A program made the translations under genes and the position numbers. A stretch of 62,326 nt of DNA, counting the filler. It is 9 parts of 9 records of this genome, joined end to end, with 100 filler letters (N's around TTAATTAATTAA, not from the genome) between each part and the next. Parts side by side here need not be neighbours in the genome. Positions count along the whole stretch, not along the records: positions 58,859 to 62,326 come from SRR7504441_78; 8 more parts are not named here. One strand, 5' to 3'. Every line of letters starts with the position of its first letter. Within the stretch, counting starts at the first letter, position 1. Under the pieces are notes generated by a model. That model was not told the origin of the DNA. It ran no database searches and saw only the letters and a program-made list of their open reading frames with translations. Positions 58,861 through 62,326 of this stretch are shown one piece after another.

Positions 58861-61800
58861 TTAGACACTAGCTTTTGTACAAGTGTACCACGTTGTCAGA
58901 ACTCGCAGTATGCTGAAGCAGTGCAGAATGAGCAAATGTTCCACGAGCGCCAGAACTTCTCCAGGCTCGAGCGCTTTTGGATTACTGAGCTGGAGTCTCT
59001 GACCCAGGGCTCAAAAGCTCACCTGGTTATGGCGCAAAAGCATGCAGCAGCCCTGCTGGCAGAATGTACACAGCTGAAGAGTCAGAGCAAAACCGATAGC
59101 CAGGCGCTGCGGCGCCTCAAAGTTAGGTTGAAGCATAGTCAGACTGAACTCTACCTTCACAAAAAAGCACTTTCCCACTCCATAGCTTCCATGCAAGCGA
59201 GATCGCAACAGCTAATCACAAATCAGGAGCTCAGAGTGGTGCCAAACCCAGGTGAGCAGCCTGAACTAGTAAGCCAGAGGAAGGCTTCTCTACGGAAAAA
59301 GTGGTTCAGGGAAATCCGTTTGAAACAAAAGGTGTACAATGGTTTGAGTACACAGGTGCAGGCATCCACGGGTGAGGCTCAGGCTCGTCGTGAGTCCTTA
59401 GACCACTTGCGTCGCGAAACTAAGGACACAGAAACACAAGAGCTCCGTGCTAAGCAGAGTCTCCAGAAGCAGCAGGATCTGTCACTGCAGATTCAGGACC
59501 TAGAAGTCACCAAAGAGGAAAACTGCAACTCTTTTGCATGGTCGCTGTGGAGTGCCTGTAGCTCACCTTGTGGCGGTGGTGTGCGCTTCCGTCATCGCAA
59601 TCTGGATAGCAAAGATGTGGGATCAGCATGCAAAGAGGACCTAGAGTCGGCACACTGCAACCGAGAGCCTTGCGGTCAGTTTCCTGTGCTAACTCGTAGC
59701 TACATGAGTCCAATGCTTTACTTGCGCTGCGGCAGGTGTTCCTGCATCTGTGTTGGGTTACAAAATCGACAAGGAGCCCACTGATGGGATCCACGTTTCA
59801 TGGCATGCACCGTTTAGCAAGCTACCGATTGAGACATACGAGCTCGAGGCAAGGCCTATCACTAATGCTTCCGTCAAAATATCTGTCACTGTCACAGACA
59901 CAAGCAATACAGCCGGAGCTAACAATGGTGGCCACTTTACCTTCAGAGGGCTTCCGCCTGGTCTCTACTATGCAATTTCAGTTAGAAGCAAGAATGCTGT
60001 TGGGTGGGGGAATTGGAGTCTTCCGGTGTACTTTGGAACCTCTGGTGTGAATCAAAGCAAATTGTACGGGCAGACTACAAAGTTCATTTTTGATGACCAA
60101 CATGAGATGCTGTTAAAGCTCATACAGTGGTACAACTATGTGAGGACTTTGAAGGGAGAAACAAAAAGGCAAGCGTCTCAAAGAGTGGCTGCACTGGCAG
60201 GTCAACTGGAAAATTCAACATCACAGCTTTTCATCCAAAGGTTTCAATCATTGAGTGGTGATTATGATGTTGATACTCTGAAGCGCTCAGTTCAGGATCT
60301 CGCGAGAAAAGCGCAGGTCCTTGCTCAGGACCATGCCAAAGAAGCAACAAACAAGCTGCAGCAAAGGCATCGCTTGCAAACAATTAAGGAACTTCATCAG
60401 CGTGTAGAAGGAGTGAAAATGAGTGCCAGTGTGGCATATAAGTTTGTACATGGGGTTGATCTCCGCAAAGAGTCACAAGGAATGGTGCACATGAGGCAAG
60501 TCTCTGAACCATTGAGCCCCATTGGCCTAATGACAGCCTACCAATCTGCCCAAGACTTTGGACAAAGGTGGCACAATATTGTCCGTTTGTTGCAATTGGA
60601 GGAGAACCGCATTGCTAACATGACTGCAGCATGCTGTTGGTGTGCTCAACCCTCTTCTTCAGTATGTTGACCCAAGCGTGATGAGACATATTACCACGAA
60701 GCCATGCGGTGCACAGTGTCCGGCTTTGCAAATTGTTGAGTTTATCCTGTGCCAATTCACAAGCCACCGCCTTCTTCACTCGGTGCTCAGATCTCAGTCT
60801 CCTTGCATGTGCTTCAGCAGCTTTCCTGGTTTGTTTCCTGCCCAGGTAAAGCTTAACGACTTGATCAGTATGGTGGTCATTCGACACTACCTCTAAACAT
60901 TTCTGATGTGTACTATTTGCTTCCTTCTTCACACTGCTCAGGGATTTGTCTGCCTGCTGTATTCGCAGTAGGTCATCGTTAAAGCCCTGAGCCTCTCTAA
61001 GTAAATACATTTTTTTCTGAATGAAGGATTTTGTTGCCTCGGGATTACGCTTTTTGTCACTCTTCAGCTCAAGTGTTGTCCTGATTGCAGAAGCCAAGGT
61101 ATAGTTCCTATGAAGCAGGATATTTTCCTCCCTTGAAGGCGGACTGTCATCATTGCTTATTCCAGTTGTCCTTTGACAAGAACTCATCCACGCCTGCACC
61201 AATACTAGAAGCATGGAAAAGCTTCCTGAATGAGCGGAGAACTGATCTAAATGATGCTTTAAATTCTACCCATTTGGGCTTCAATCCTTGCCAGATAGCG
61301 AGCCGTAATGAGGTTGACACCATAAGGGAGATGCAGCAGCAGGCTCTGGCGACTTCCAAGACCACATATCCTGGATCAATGCAAGTATACGATCACCTCT
61401 ACCAGAAGGAATTCATCAGATTGCGGTGGCTGCAGATGCTTGCTTCAACAATCTCCTTTCATGCTGAGAAGGTAAAACATCTGAAGGAGCGAAGCTCAAA
61501 ACGATCAGATCTTGAACAACTAGCCAAGAAGCACGCTCTTTATACAAAACTCGTTTCACAGGATGCAAAAGCAGGCATGCACTGGGACCTTGTGGCACGC
61601 AAAGCTTCAAATTCAAACAAGGGATTCCGGAAGCAGCTTGAGCAGACCAAGAAGCTGGTGCAAATGCTTGCTTTCAAACTCAAAAGTGGCAACACTTGCG
61701 AGGGGAGCTTTGCAGAATGCCGAAGAATGCGGAGGCAAAACGTAAGGCAAAGAAGATGGTCATGAATGCAAAGCAGAGAGTAAAGGACACAATTCAAGAT

Positions 61801-62326
61801 GCTATGCTTGCTGGTCAGGCACAATGCGACAGTTGTTGCAACTAGGGCTGCTGATAAAGCATCAGAGGGCTCAGAAAAGGCGTGATCAGACAAAACAGGG
61901 ACACAAGAGGGGGGTAGAGGATGAGGCCGTATCACAGGCCAAGTCTATGGTTATTGAGAAGGAACAAAAAGCGGCAAGTGCGAAGCTGACACAAGAAACT
62001 GCTCGCGGGTGCAAAACGCACCCCCAAAAAGAAGTTACTTTTCTTGACCTTCGGAGAGCAAAAGAGCAAATGGAAGCAAACAAGGAAGTCTACGCCGCCA
62101 TCCGGACCAAGTGCGAAAAGTTACAGATAAGGTTGACTGAGCTAACCCAGGAAATACGTTCGCTCTCCGCATCAACAACCTTGCCCAGCATTACACCCAG
62201 AACTATTATTAATGGATCATAGAAGCGCTGCCTCGTTGCAGGAAAGCAAATTCAAAGCTGCAGTGCAATATTCCACAGGGCGGTGCCAAGCGGCCAGGAG
62301 GAGGTGTGAAATGGCAGACCAGAGCC
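58861..62326 (+). CDS. Large TSP1 + FN3 + coiled-coil protein, truncated at both ends; apparently scrambled (one inversion, one block swap)
   Basis: TSP1 WSLWSACSSPCGGGVRFRHR; FN3 VSWHAP..GLPPGLYYAISVRSKNAVGWGNWS; introns 59675-59735 and 62158-62200. Confidence 0.75.

Noticed and set aside
60670-61085. Stop-codon reassignment as the cause of in-frame stops
   Set aside because: TAA, TAG and TGA all terminate conserved genes here, and the read-through translation is not protein-like while the reverse strand is.

Overview
Eukaryotic (protist-like) nuclear DNA: nine unrelated contigs joined by eight artificial 100-nt N/TTAATTAATTAA/N linkers. The code is standard and genes are densely packed. 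Most introns are 37-48 nt, many have GC donors, and there are interstitial TTAGGG repeats. Recognisable genes include a giant SPRY/UBA/UBR-box/HECT E3 ligase, a methyltransferase, a YqaJ-like nuclease, a sorting nexin, MTFP1, SF3B4, EMC4, the IFT81 C-terminus, an ARF/ARL GTPase, a PP2C, GH43-type hydrolases and an esterase. The main finding is that several genes cannot be read with typical-size introns alone but become continuous in-frame proteins once short internal segments are inverted or swapped at 2-6 bp repeats. I found two inversions at CTGCA/TGCAG inverted repeats, two block swaps (one rebuilds a PAN/apple-like domain) and two weaker candidates. This resembles ciliate-style gene scrambling in an organism that does not look like a classic ciliate. 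Amplification or assembly chimerism must be excluded first. All gene models were built by eye.
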